DNA from: the human T2T-CHM13v2.0 reference genome, Homo sapiens
Strand: one strand, 5' to 3'
Assembly (NCBI RefSeq): GCF_009914755.1
Contig: NC_060931.1
Length of the DNA stretch: 64,000 bases
The translations under genes were made by a program, and so were the position numbers. Numbering within the stretch: position 1 is the first letter of the stretch; each line of letters opens with the position of its first letter. Below, in pieces: positions 27,201 through 40,125 of this stretch. A model generated the notes under the pieces. The model did not search any database. It was not told the origin of the DNA and was given only the letters and a program-made list of their open reading frames with translations.

Positions 27201-27845
27201 TTTGCATAACATACATCTTTAACACTTATTGGGTTTTTCTATGGCCTTAACGGATTGTCGATCTTGAAGAATTGCCCATATATGCTTAAAAATAATGTGC
27301 ATTCTGGTGTTGCTGAGTGGAGTGTTCTGTAGATGCCTGTTAGGTCTGGTTGGTTTATAGTGTTATTAAAGTCTTCTATTTGTCTGTTGGTCTGACTAGT
27401 TGCATCCATTATTGATTATTGAAGGTAGACTAATAAAGTCTCCAACCACGGTTGCTGAATTATCTATTTCTAACTTGAATTCTGTCAGCTTTGGCTTTGT
27501 GTATCTCTGGGCTCCATTGATAGTGTATACAAGTTGACAGCCATTCTATATTACCGATGGAGCAAGGGCCCCTCTTTATGTCTGGTAGCATTTTTTCCTG
27601 TTTTAAAGTCTATCTGTTCTGATGTTATAATAAAGCCACTCCAGGTCTTTTATGGGTACTATTTTCATGGCATACTTTTCCCCTTCCTTTTGACTTTGAA
27701 CCTATTTGTGTCTTTGAATCAAATGTGCATCTCTTATAGACAGAATAGTTAGATCTTATTTAAAACAAATCCATTTTGACAATCTCTATCTTTTGATTGG
27801 ATTGTTAATCCATTCACTTTCAGTGTCTATATTAATATGGTTTGA

Positions 27846-28180
<335 letters not shown>

Positions 28181-28528
28181 CTATCAATTTGTTTTTAGTT
28201 TTCCCTATGTCTGGTGTACCGGTTTGTTCTTCTGTTTCTCCTCTATAGATTTCCATTGCACTAAGTGAATATATTCTACAACATTTTAATTTTGTAATGA
28301 TTTTTTCACCCTACATTTAAAAAATTGTTTTCTTAGTAATTGCCCTAGGATTTACAAGTTATATCTTACCTTAGAATCTACTTCAGGTTTCTAACAATTC
28401 AGTGTAATATTGAGATATTAGTTCTATCCCCCCTCCTCTTTTTGTGCTATTAGTACACATATTACACATATCACATTTATATATATATGTCCCAAATCCA
28501 CTAATGCATTGTTATAATTATTCTACAT

Positions 28529-29710
28529 ATAGTTAGGCATCACCTAATGATGGGGATATATTCTGAGTAATGTGTCATTGGACAATTTTGTTGTGTGAAC
28601 ATCATGGCGTGTACTTATACAAACAGAGATGATCTAGCCTACCACACACCTAGGCTACATGGCATAGCCTTTTGCTCCTAGGATACAAACCTGTGCAGCA
28701 AGTTACTGTACTGAACATTACAGGCAATTGTAACTCAATGGTAAGTATGTGTGTATCTGAACATATCTAAATATAGGAAAGGTACAGTAAAAATATGGTA
28801 TTAAAGATAAAAAATGGTGCACCTGTTCTGCTAGAACACTTAGCAGAAATAGAGCTTGCCAGACTGGAAGTTGCTCTGTGTGTGTCAGTGAGTGAATGGT
28901 GAGTGAACATGAGGGCCTGGGACATTACTGTGCACCACTTTACACTTTATGAACACAAGATACTCAGGCTACGCTAAATTATTAAAAAATTTCCTTCTTT
29001 CATAATAAATTAACTTTAGCCTACTGTAATGTTTTTACTTGATAAACTTAAAAAAAATTTTCACCTCCTTTGTAGTAACACTTAGCTTACAGCTGAACAA
29101 AAATATTTTCTTTCTTTATATCCTTATTCTATAAGCTTTTATCATTAAAATGTTTTTAAAACTTAAAACATTTTTTGTTAAAAACAAAGATGCAAACACT
29201 CACATTAGCCTTGGCCTACACAGGGCCAGGACACTCAGTATCACTGCCTTCCACCTTCGCATCTTGTTCCACCAGAAGATCTTCTGGGTAATCACACGCA
29301 TGGAGCTGCCAGCGCCTGTGAGAACAATGCTTTCTTCTGGAAGACTTCCCGAAGGACCTGCCCTAAGCTGTTTTACAGTTTACTTTTTTTGTAAGTAGAA
29401 GGGGCACATTCTAAAGTAACAATAAAAGTATGGCATGATAAATATATAAGCTAGTAACATAGCTGTTTATTATCATTAATCATTCTGTACTATACATAAC
29501 TGTATGTTCTATACTTTTATGACTGTCAGTACAGTAGGTTTGTTTACATCAGCATGGCCGTAAACACGAGTGATGCATTGCACTATGACATCACAATGGC
29601 TATGATGTCACTAGGCAATAGAAATTTTTGAGCTCCATTATAAGGTTATGGGATCACCGACATATGCATGGCCTGTTATTGATCAAAATGTCATTATGCA
29701 TACATAACTT
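28529..29710. mobile_element. Tigger3b (GOLEM-type, TcMar-Tigger) inside L1
   Basis: GGGGATATATTCTGAG...CTACCACACACCTAGGCTA...GGTACAGTAAAAATATGGTA...TATGGGATCACC...AAAATGTCATTATGC; ~1.2 kb. Confidence 0.88.
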
Positions 29711-32700
29711 TAATTGAACATCTTTTAAAGAAGCTAAAAGAAGGGAGAGTAAGCATGCATATTTTTTGTTTATTATGTTAGTGTTGTTATATACCATTTC
29801 TTGTTCTAATTTATTCTTGTTCTAATTAATTATAATAGCTATAATAAATTATAATTATTAATATATAATAATTTAATTATTATGCTATAATTTATCCACC
29901 AGATGGATTCAAGTTACCATCTGGTGTTATTTGCTTATTCTAATACTGCTTATCATTACCCACCTCCTTTACATTATTGTTGTCAAATATATTACATAGC
30001 CATATATTATAGGCCCAACAATAGAATAATATTCATATTGTTTTACACAATTGCTTTTAAAATTAGGAGATGAAAGAAGAACTATGTAATTGTACTATCA
30101 TTTACAGTTACTTACATTGTTACTTCTACCAGTGCTCTTTTTATTTTTAGTAAATTTGAATTAGGACCTGGTGTCACTTGTTTTTAGTTTGAAGAACTTT
30201 CTTCAGGATTTCTTGTAAGGTGTGTGTTCTAGCAACAAATCCATCATATTTTATTTATCCGGAAATGTCTACCTCACCACCATTTTTCAAAGATAGTTTT
30301 GCTAGATATAAAAGTTTCGATTGATAGAGCATTTTTTTTTTCTTTTCAACACCTTGAATATGTCATCTACTGCCTTCTGGCCTCCATTATGTCTCATGAT
30401 AAATTATCTGTTACTTTCTTGGAGCTCCCTTTCATGTGATGAATCATTTTTCTCTCACGAATTTCAAGATTTTCTGTTTGTCTTTCAGCATTTTTACTAT
30501 GATGTATGTGTCTGATCTCTTTGCATGTATCCCACTTAAAGATGGCTGCATGTCTTAGATGTGTAGGTTAATATATTTCATCAAATTTGGGAAGTTTTTA
30601 GTTACTATTTCTTCAAACATTTTTCTACTCCTTTCTCCCCCTCCTCTCTTCCTGGTGTTCTCAGTGTGCATATGTTGGTGTGCTTTTTTTGTCCCACATT
30701 TCTTTGAGGCTACGTTCATTCTCTTCCTTCGTTTTTATTTAGACTAAATAATCTGCATCAATCTATCTCCAAGTTTTCTGATTCTCCTGCCAACTAAAAT
30801 CAACTATTGAATGCCTCCAGTGATTTTTTTTATCTCGGCAATTGTACTTTTCAAATCCAGAATTTTTATTTTATTTTTTTAATATAATATCCATTTCTTT
30901 ATTGATATTCTTCATTTGATGAGACATAATTATAATATCTTCCTTTACTTCTTTAAGCATGGTTTCATTTAGCTCTTTGAACATACTTATAGTAGCTGCT
31001 TTGAAATCTTGGTTAAGTCAGACACATGAGTCTTTTCAAGAGTGATTTCTGTTGCCTGATTTTTTTTTTCTATATATGGGTCACAGTTTCCTATTTCTTT
31101 ATATGTCTTATAATTTTTTTGTGGAAAACTGGACACTTAAGAGAATAGATTGTCGCAAGTCTGGATTCTGATTTCTCCCTCCTCAGGGCTTGTAGTTTGC
31201 TTGTGCTTGTTTAGTAATCTGGCTGGACCATTTCAGTCAAGACTGTTACCTTCACAGTGTGAAGCCTCTGATGTCACTGCCTTGGGCATGTGCACAGTCA
31301 CCTTGGGCTGACAGGGGTTTCAGTGGGCCTCTCTTTGACTGTCTCTTTTTGCCTTATCTCTGTAAGTTGTCTTCCTCTGTTGGTATCACACTCAGCTGTT
31401 AGCTACTGCTAATGCTGGCTTACTGCTCTATTGTTTCTGACAATGCCCTGGGCATGAGTTTCTCCACAGTCAGTTTCAATTTCATTTATGCTTCTTTGCA
31501 GGGCTGTTCTTTGGGGCCTGTCTTTGAGTCTTGTTCCAGTCTCAGCATGGCTTCTTAACTGTTTTTCCCTGGTTCTATTTGGTAAACCACTAGCTGGTCT
31601 ATAGTTTAGCTTGTACTCATGGAGCTACCGGCCTCTTGATTTCTTAATACCAAAATATCCATTGTTTTTGACAGCACCTTTAGGCTTGAACTTCCTCACA
31701 CTGTTCCAAAGAAAGTCATTCTCTTGAGAAGAGCTACAGGGCTCTCTGTTCTGAAAGCCTGTCTCTATCCCCTGGGCAAGGCCTCTGCATCCTCTCTCTG
31801 GAGCTAGGGGAACAGCAGCCTACTTCTCTTGAGTAGCACCCCTGTTTTACAAGTAGGGCATTGGGTGGGGGTGTTGGCCTCGGGTCTTCTTGACTTGCCT
31901 CTTCTGATATGGAACCTCTGCCCTGAGTGTGCTGGGTGACAGCCCAGTGTTGCTGGTGTGCTGCACCTGAGCTAGCGTTTCCATCTTATGAATGGGGCCT
32001 GGGTGGAGGAGGGAGCCCCAGATCTTCAGCTGCTCCTGACTGCAGTAAAGCTTCTGCAACTCAGAGTTGAGGTGCTGGTGGCCTGCCCCTTCCAGGGAGA
32101 AAACAAAACCTAGCCTGGCTGCTGAAGAAAAAGGGAGCCCTATGTTCTTGGCTGCACCCACCAGGGGCAGAACTTGCATCAGGCATAAGTGGAGGCAGTG
32201 GGGAACGGGTCATAGTTCAGGAACCACAAACTCTCAGTGTTCTTACTGAGATTTGATAGATTGTCTTGAATAGATTCTTCTCCTTCTACTATTGAGGAGG
32301 AAAACATAACTGATTGGGACGAGAAGGCGCCAAGGGAGACCTCGGAGCTGAGCGTTTCATGTGGAGCTCACTGGTAATCTGATTGGGATGAGGTCCCAGC
32401 TGAGGCGCTGGACTGGGTGGTCTTTAAGGTCCTTTTGGATGGTACGGGCTGTGATTCTAAACACGGAATGGTAAATCCATCTGGGCTGGACACTTGAGTG
32501 GATGGCTTTACGCTAGCACAGCTTGGTCCTCTGCAGCCTTGGCAGGAAACATGGAGGGGACTCCTCTTTGGCTGCCTGCCCCTCTGGGTGCTGTGTTCCT
32601 GACAGGAGGGCTGAGCTGGTGTTTCAGAAGGCAGCCCTGTGTAGGGAGATAACACCTTCCCATTTGAAGCCACGGCCACTGTGCTGGGATCCATGGCCTT

Positions 32701-33082
32701 GCCTGAGACAGAGCCCCCCGGCAGCATGAATAGCGCCTCCCTTCATGCTGCCGGCTACACAAGTGTCCCTCTCAGCTGGGCCAACACACCCCGGGCGAGG
32801 CCGTCTTCGCCCTCCCTTACACCCTCCCTCCTCTAGTTCTTTGTCTCCTGTTGAGGGTGGACACTGCCCTGGGGTGGAGTGAGTGGTTTCTCTCTGGTGG
32901 GACTGGGAGAGGGTCCCTTGACGATTACCAAGATTCTATACTTTATTAATTTTTTTCTACCAATGCTGCCAGAAAGAATTTTCATTGTTGTTGTTCACAT
33001 AGCGTGTTATTGCTAAGATGAATTCTTTGTGTAAAAAACAGACTTTCTGTCTTGGTTTTAGTAAAGTGAATGAAGAATTATA

Positions 33083-33476
33083 TTTGAATTTACAAATGTA
33101 TCTTTATTTATTTTGTCTTGAACTTCACGTCAATACAGATTCTGCATTGCTCAACTAATGAATGCAGGAAGGACTGCATGAGGCCAGCACGGCCACGTCC
33201 TCACACCAGCAGTTCTTCTTGGTCTGAGTCCTTTCCTGGCTGCAGCCAGAGAGAACAGAGAAAGCGCAACACTGTGTTCATGGTGCTATTGTAATTAATG
33301 TATTATAATTATTTTGTATCTTCTGTTAGATCTTCTGCCTTGATTCCCAGTGTCCAAATACAAAAGTATTGACTACTGTCCCTGATGTGACGAGCAGGAT
33401 CTATTGAAGCCAAACACATCATCTTTCAGTTCCAGGTAGGAGTGCAGTAAGAAGAGTTTTCTTACAGGCATGATCG
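33083..33476 (-). ncRNA. Putative 3'-terminal exon of a minus-strand lncRNA (tentatively MIR4435-2HG/MORRBID 3' region, unverified)
   Basis: Unique sequence; minus-strand acceptor CACTTATCCATCACAG|CGATC at 33477; overlapping AATAAA hexamers (plus TTTATTTATT, 33103-33112) ~20 nt from a cleavage site near 33083-33086, followed by a U-rich element; no ORF. The identity rests on vague recollection only. Confidence 0.5.
33103..33112 (-). terminator. Poly(A) signal (AATAAA, minus strand)
   Basis: Minus strand reads AAAATAAATAAAGATACATTTGTAAATTCAAA, then TTCTTCATTCACTTT. Confidence 0.55.
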
Positions 33477-33629
33477 CTGTGATGGATAAGTGTGTCTTGG
33501 ACTCTAATGAATGAACCAGCGACTTAGTCACCAGCCACCTACACTAATAAGGTGAGGGTGTGATGCTGGTTTGGGCAGGGAAGGTCTTTGGTCTCTTTAT
33601 AGATTTTAGAATGCTAAAATAAAATAACC

Positions 33630-33865
33630 TGTGGGATCCTGAAACCAAAAGAGGACATCAGTGGGAAAACACATGGAATCGGGGGTCTGTTCCTAGAGAT
33701 GCTTCACGGAACTCTAGACCATGTTAATGTTTGTTTTGAACCACATGTCTTGGGTAACACTGGGGGATGTTGGATTGGGGGGATACGGGATCTCTCTGTA
33801 CTGTCTTTGCAACTTTTTCCGTAAATCTAAGATGATCCACAAATAAAAGCTTTATTGAAAAATAT
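33630..33865 (+). mobile_element. L1M (L1MC/MD-type) 3' end fragment
   Basis: GGATCCTGAAACCAAAAGAGGACATCAGTGGGAAAAC...TCTCTGTACTGTCTTTGCAACTTTTTCCGTAAATCTAA...AAATAAAAG. Confidence 0.85.
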
Positions 33866-34336
33866 AATGGCCCTAAAATTCTTTTAGAAAGTGAATGAAA
33901 ACTCCCATAATGTCATCTTCTGTCAGTGAAATCTGCAACTGCAATGGAACTATCACACCAACCCAGGGGAAAAGAGGCAGTTGGGGTCTCCAGAGAGCCC
34001 CTCTGGCCTCAGTGGTCTCATCTGGAAAGTGGGAGGTTTGGACTCATCGAGCTGTCTCCAAGGATCTTCCTGTTTGGATGCCCTGTGTTTGAATGCACAA
34101 GGCATAGTTATAATCTGGGGGGAAAAAACCTCTAAAATATCAGCCTCTTCTGTGAAAATCCAGCTAGTTCCCTTTAATTGGTTACAAAAATAAGATGCTG
34201 AAAACCCCACCAGCCCTATCTGGAGCTGTGCTCAAGAGCAGAGAAGAGTGCAAATTAATCTTTTTGAATTGCTAATTGGGGATTTAGTTGGCTAGATTGA
34301 GGGTTATGAGATGAAAGCCTGGGTTTTTGCTCTTTT

Positions 34337-34473
34337 CCAAAGGTAGGGAAAAGATTCCCTCTCTGAGGACCCTAATGTCCTTGTATGCAAAATGCAGAAA
34401 CTGACAAGAAAGATGAGAAAGCGTTTTGGCTCAGCCCTCAAAAGGTTGTATCTCAAGCCCATACTCCTGTCCT
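34337..34473. repeat. Dispersed direct duplication, copy A (~137 bp)
   Basis: Aligns with 35817-35952 at roughly 75-80% identity by eye. Confidence 0.85.
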
Positions 34474-34504
34474 CTGAAGCAATCCAAATGCTTTGCTGCT
34501 ATAC

Positions 34505-34812
34505 CTTAGATCCACAAGCAATGCCTATAATGTGGGTGTTGTTTGGGCTGAAGCCACTGCCACTGGCCTAGACATCAGGGTAAGATGGAGCCCAATGCAG
34601 GGGTGTGTTGTCCCCCCAGCGCCGGCAGCTGCAGAGGACTCTCATGGGCAGGATGCACAGAGCCAGGTGGGAGCCGCGCCGTCAGGGCTGCCAGGTGTGC
34701 AGAGAGGCCCTCTCTTCCAAACAGCCTCTGCAGTCGCCTGCCAAAGGCCTGGGACAGTCCTTCTTTCTATTGCACTTCTGTCGATAAAGGGATTAGCTCC
34801 TATTAAATTATC
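34505..34812 (-). ncRNA. Candidate internal exon of the minus-strand lncRNA
   Basis: Acceptor TAACTTCTGTTTCCTAAG|GAT and donor AAG|GTATAG on the minus strand; an alternative acceptor is possible at 34628. Confidence 0.35.
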
Positions 34813-35816
34813 CTTAGGAAACAGAAGTTATTAAGTTATCATTTGTCACATACATCCTGGCATGAATTTATTAGCTCCTTTCCATGTGTCAGTTGGCTGG
34901 GAGATATTTTGGTTGAGCAGGAGGAGGACAGGGACAGAGGCTGAGGACACATCATTCCTGCAAGAGGGGCCTGGAGAGGGTGGTGGCCGGTGCCGGGCAT
35001 GAGCCTCCGCTCAGCTTCTAAAGTTGGAGACCTCGGTGACACTGCATCTCTGTGCTGCCACCAGCCTCGCTTGCTACGGTAGGGGGTCACGGCGGTGCAG
35101 ACCTTGGAAATGCGAGGACAGAGAGTCCCATGCCGAATGGCGGGGACGTCGCCTAGCTGCCTGTGCTCCCAGGAACTGAAGGTGGGAAGAGCCATGGAGG
35201 AGTTCCAGACCTGGTGCCTATTTGGTCTGTGATCCTCACTAACTTTCTAAAGCATGTCACGTCTTTTATCTTGTGGAGTCTCAGAACATCCCGGGGTGCA
35301 ACTCGGCCTCTTGCCGGCAGCAAAACTTACAATAGAATTCCCAGCTCCTGACCCCACCTGGCACTTTCCCAGGACTGCGTGTGTCATCAAGGACCAGTGG
35401 ATGATTTTCAGCCCTGTTCCCTGGGGGATGTTTTGGGGCAGGCAGAGCAGTCCCGAAGAGCCCCGTAGCCTGAGGTCAGCCGGCCCCTCTCCCTGGAGGG
35501 TAGGACCAGCCTTGCCAGCGCTGGGTGCTCGTTTCTGCTTCTTGCCATCTGAAGAAATGAGACCCCCAAGGCCGCCTCCCAGCCCTGCCTTCTCTGTACT
35601 TTGCATTTTGTCTTAGTCATGTGTCGTTTTGGAGTCATGCCTCATTTCCCAAGGAGAAGTCAGGGCCCTAGAGGGTCAGGGTCCTCTTCTTGCTCTGAGC
35701 TCCCTGGGCTGGCCACTGGCCACAGGAGGTGCTCATGAAATTAAGTTCAGCCAAATGGGATGTGCTGATGAGCATGACGAGTCAGATAGAGCCAGACCCC
35801 TCAAAAACAATCTATA

Positions 35817-35952
35817 CCAAAGGCAGGGGGAAGGTCCCCTCTCTGAGGAGCCTGATGTGCTTGTGTGCAAGACGCAGAAGCCCACCAGAAAGATGAGAAA
35901 ACGTTTTGTTTCACCCTCAAAATGTTGTATCTGAAGCCTATATTCCTGCCCT
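35817..35952. repeat. Dispersed direct duplication, copy B
   Basis: CCAAAGG.AGGG...CTCTGAGGA.CCT.ATGT.CTTGT.TGCAA...AGAAAGATGAGAAA.CGTTTTG...CCCTCAAAA.GTTGTATCT.AAGCC is shared with copy A. Confidence 0.85.
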
Positions 35953-36189
35953 ATTTGGTAGAACAGACCCAAGTAATGCCCTGGAGATGACTTTTTAAAA
36001 AAACAGACACAGAAATCGCTCTGTGTTTCAGAAATAGATAAGCCATTTGGAACCAGGTCTTGGTCAGTGTTATATAAAAGATGTTTAAGTAAATGAAGGA
36101 AGGAATGACTTGGGGTGCATTATAAAAATGAGTATAATTATTTTACACCAATATGTGTTTGTGTGACCATGAGTGTGACTGTGTGTGTT

Positions 36190-36707
36190 CATTTTTGTTA
36201 CCTAATGCTGCATAATAAATCATCACAAAAATTAATGGCTTACAACAGCCATCATCACCTTTCATCTCACAGTGTCTCTGTGGGTCAGGCATTTCAGAAG
36301 GACCTGACCGGACCGTTCTCATGTGAAGCCTTTCATACAGTTCCAGTCAGATATCAGCTGAGGCTACATCATCCAAAGGCCCAATAGGGGCTGGAGAATC
36401 CATTTCCAAAGGGGCGCAACCTGTGTCTGGCAAGTTGTCACTGGCTGCTTCCGTCCTCTCTGCATGGCCTTCTCCTTGGGGCTGCTTGAGCATCCTCCTG
36501 GCATGGTGGCTGCTCCCTCCAAAGCAAGCCACCCACATGATCTGGGCGGAACTCTCGAGTCTTCTGTGACTCAGCTTTGGAAGTCCCATTGTATCACATT
36601 CTACCAGTCACATGGGCCCAGTCCTAATTCAAAGTGGGAGAGGATTACGCAGTGCTTAAATCCTGGGAGGCATGGGTTGTTGGGGCCACCTTGAAGGCTG
36701 GCTACCT
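36190..36707 (-). mobile_element. MLT1 (MaLR) LTR, MLT1F-like
   Basis: TGCTGCATAATAAATCA...TCTGTGGGTCAGGCATT...GGGGCTGGAGAATCCATTTCCAA...GGGGCCACCTTGAAGGCTGGCTACC. Confidence 0.8.
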
Positions 36708-36709
36708 TC

Positions 36710-37270
36710 CTCCATGTATTTACTTACTGAGCCTTTGCTATATGTCAAGTACTAAGTTTCTGTAGTGGGGACATAAATGTACATATGTCATGATCCTGTC
36801 CTCAAGGAGCTGTTTGCTTAGGAGAAAGAGAGATGAGCCAGGGCTGCCTGACACCAGTGTGTTGGGGCTGTGGCTGGGGTGTGCACAGGTACCTGGCACA
36901 GACCCCACTGAGGGGCCCGGGTCTCACTAGGACCTTGAGGGACTGATGTGGTTATTTGGGCAGAGCTGAAAGGGAAGCTTGCTTCTGCCGGGGGATTGTC
37001 TGGGTAACAGGCACAGAGGCAGGTAGGAAGGTGACTGCTTACGGCACTGCAAGGATGTCTCACGGCAGAGCCGAGAAGCACATGTGGGTGGCAGGAGAGG
37101 TGGAGAATGGTTGGCTGTGGACTTTAACTGGGTCTGGGTTTTGGAAAGGTCACTTGCTGATGGCAGAAGGATGGATTACAGACAGATGAAAGGAGATGGG
37201 TGAGGTCTGTAGGGAGAACCCAGGGTGGGCTGATGGGGCTTCAAGCAAAGCCGAGAGCCTGGCTCAGCAC
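36710..37270 (-). mobile_element. L2 remnant
   Basis: TATTTACTTACTGAGCC...TCCTGTCCTCAAGGAGCT, followed by purine-rich L2-like sequence. Confidence 0.55.
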
Positions 37271-37799
37271 TGAGGAGGGAGTGGAGCTTGAGAGATGAAA
37301 ATGGAGAGGAACCCCCATAGTCAAGAATGATTGACATGCTTGGAGCAGGGGTAGGGGGCAGGCGTGACGCGACGCCAGGGCTGGGGCTTGTGGGACTGTC
37401 TGGGGGAGGCCCTTCCTCAAGAGGGGGACGTAGACCACGATGGCTGATGGCGAAGGCGTGATTCAACATTCACGCACACTTCCTTGTCTGTAACATGAGT
37501 CGTACTTTCTATTTCCAAGAAACCACTTCGTTTCCACTTTTAGGTAATTGCTTTTTCTCCATGTCTAAGAAGTGAGCAATTTAAATAAAGATATTTACAC
37601 TTTAAGGTTTTCTTAGTACTTCCAAACAGAGACATATGTATAAATGCTAAACAGAAGTTTTGAATCAAACCTTCTTGCCTTTCTAACGTTCTCTGTTGGG
37701 GGAAAGTCGGCATGGTTTAGAGCCTCCCAAACCCCCTCCACCAGGAGGGGCAGATCTGGGGGCGAGACTGAAAGCAAACATGTTTCACAGGATGTGGGG

Positions 37800-37985
37800 A
37801 AGGTGGCCAGACTTAGAAAATAAAAATATAGGACGCTAAGTTAAATTCGAATTTCAGATGAACAATGAATACTTTTTTGAATAAGTATTCTCCATGCAAT
37901 ATTTGGGAAATACTAAAAATGTATGTCTTCTTGATCTAAAATTTGGATTTAATTGGGCATCCTGTATTTTATCTGACAACCTTAG
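37800..37985. mobile_element. MER53 (palindromic hAT MITE)
   Basis: AAAATATAGGAC..AGTTAAATTCGAATTTCAGAT...TTTAATTGGGCATCCTGTATTTTATCTGACAACC; self-complementary arms. Confidence 0.85.
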
Positions 37986-38042
37986 ACATAGGCGATTTAT
38001 TTCAATGACTTCTGGACAGTCTCTGGAGCAAATGATCACTCA

Positions 38043-38385
<343 letters not shown>

Positions 38386-38505
38386 AACACCTAAGTGATA
38401 AGTTGGTAGGTGCAGCAAGCCACTATGGTACACGTTTACCCCTGTAACAAATGTGCACATCCTGCGCATGTACCCCAGAACTTAAAATAAAAATTAAGAT
38501 TAAAA
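38386..38505 (+). mobile_element. L1P 3' end fragment
   Basis: GGTGCAGCAAGCCACTATGGTACACGTTTACC..TGTAACAAA..TGCACATCCTGCGCATGTACCCCAGAACTTAAAATAAAA. Confidence 0.88.
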
Positions 38506-39250
38506 TATGTGGCCTGCCTAGTGCTAGGTACAGAGCAAGTTCTTGAATAACTATGGGAAGCTGTGAGAAAAGTGATTCATCCTGTCCAGGCGGGCTCAGC
38601 TTCTCCCATTACCTGAACTTGGCCATTCCCTTCACGACCAGCAAAACACTCTGCTGCCACACGCCCTGCCCGGCCGCCCTCCCATGGGGCCTTCCCTGGG
38701 GCAGCTTCAGTGCCTGTGAATTATTATTTTTGCTCTCTCAGGCACAACCTGCATACACGGATGAGATTGGTTCTTTGCCCTGAAGGTGAATGAACTCGGC
38801 TTTGTTGGCCGCTCCTATTTTTGCAGTAATGCACCAAGTATGTTCACCCACTAGGGATTTTCATCACGTAACATAGTATGTAGCCTAACAAAGTAGGGAA
38901 AGAAAGGAACAGAGTAAGGCTTAGACTGAAGTACTTCAATTCAAGTCCCAAGTCAGCCACCTGCTAGAGGACTGGAAGATAATCCAAAGACCACAGTATT
39001 TTGTCAGGAATGAGAGGTGGAGATAAGAAGGTAAATAGAATTTCCTATCTCACAAATATCAAATCTTCTGGAATCTTTAATTGAATCACAGGATAAAACC
39101 CTTATAATGAAATTACCATGGTTCATTTCACAGCGTTTCTGGCAAGGCAGGGGTTCTCTGGTGGGAACACCCACATCCAGTCCCAAGGTTTTCTCAACTT
39201 GGGCTCAAGGTGCCCTAAGGAGATGAGAACCTGGGGCCACATGGAGATGA

Positions 39251-39601
<351 letters not shown>

Positions 39602-39964
39602 GAGACTGGCTTCTTGAACTTTGCTTTGAGGCCTATGAAGCTGACATAGCCCATCCTCCGACCTCATGGTCACTAAATATGCCCTGCGGATGGCGTAAGC
39701 CGGACCCTGGACGCTGCCTGAGGTTACCTCCCATCCCTGAACACTTCATGGGACTTTGGCTGTTGTGAAAACAGCAGATTTACCCTTCTCTTCCTGCCAT
39801 TCTGTGAGAGTGGAAGGCCCCCTTCTGAGGGATGGCTGGTGGAGATCGGGCCTCATGTCTCGCCTGTTGGAGCAAGCTGCCTCAAGAAGTGGAAAGTGAC
39901 CGTCTGTCCCGAGTGACTACGACCAAGTTCCCTTGTGGAAGTGCAGTCTCTCCTGTTCCATGGC

Positions 39965-40125
39965 TTCAGTCCTCACTACTCAAAGTGTGGCCCATGGACC
40001 TGTAGCATCGGCCTCACCCAGGAGCTTCCTAGAAGTGCAGCATCTCAGGCCCCACCTCAGCCCCGCTAAATCAGACTGTGCATGTCAACAGGACTGTCCA
40101 CACAGTCAAGGTGGGGAGCACTGGC
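39965..40125. mobile_element. MER5A (hAT-Charlie)
   Basis: CTACTCAAAGTGTGGCCC...AGCATCGGCCTCACCCAGGAGCTT..TAGAAGTGCAGCATCTCAGGCCCCACC. Confidence 0.8.

Noticed and set aside
24300-27800. Reverse-transcriptase-like peptides suggesting an active retroelement or novel RT system
   Set aside because: Fragmented L1 ORF2 remnants with many stops and frameshifts; inactive.
33083-34812. Assignment to the LINC00673/LINC00511 last exon
   Set aside because: A recalled coordinate offset seemed to fit, but none of the LINC00673 sequence I can recall appears in the window; unsupported without BLAT.
37800-37985. Hairpin as a possible miR-1302-type precursor
   Set aside because: The MER53 palindrome explains the fold, and the segment corresponding to the mature miRNA appears diverged or partly deleted.
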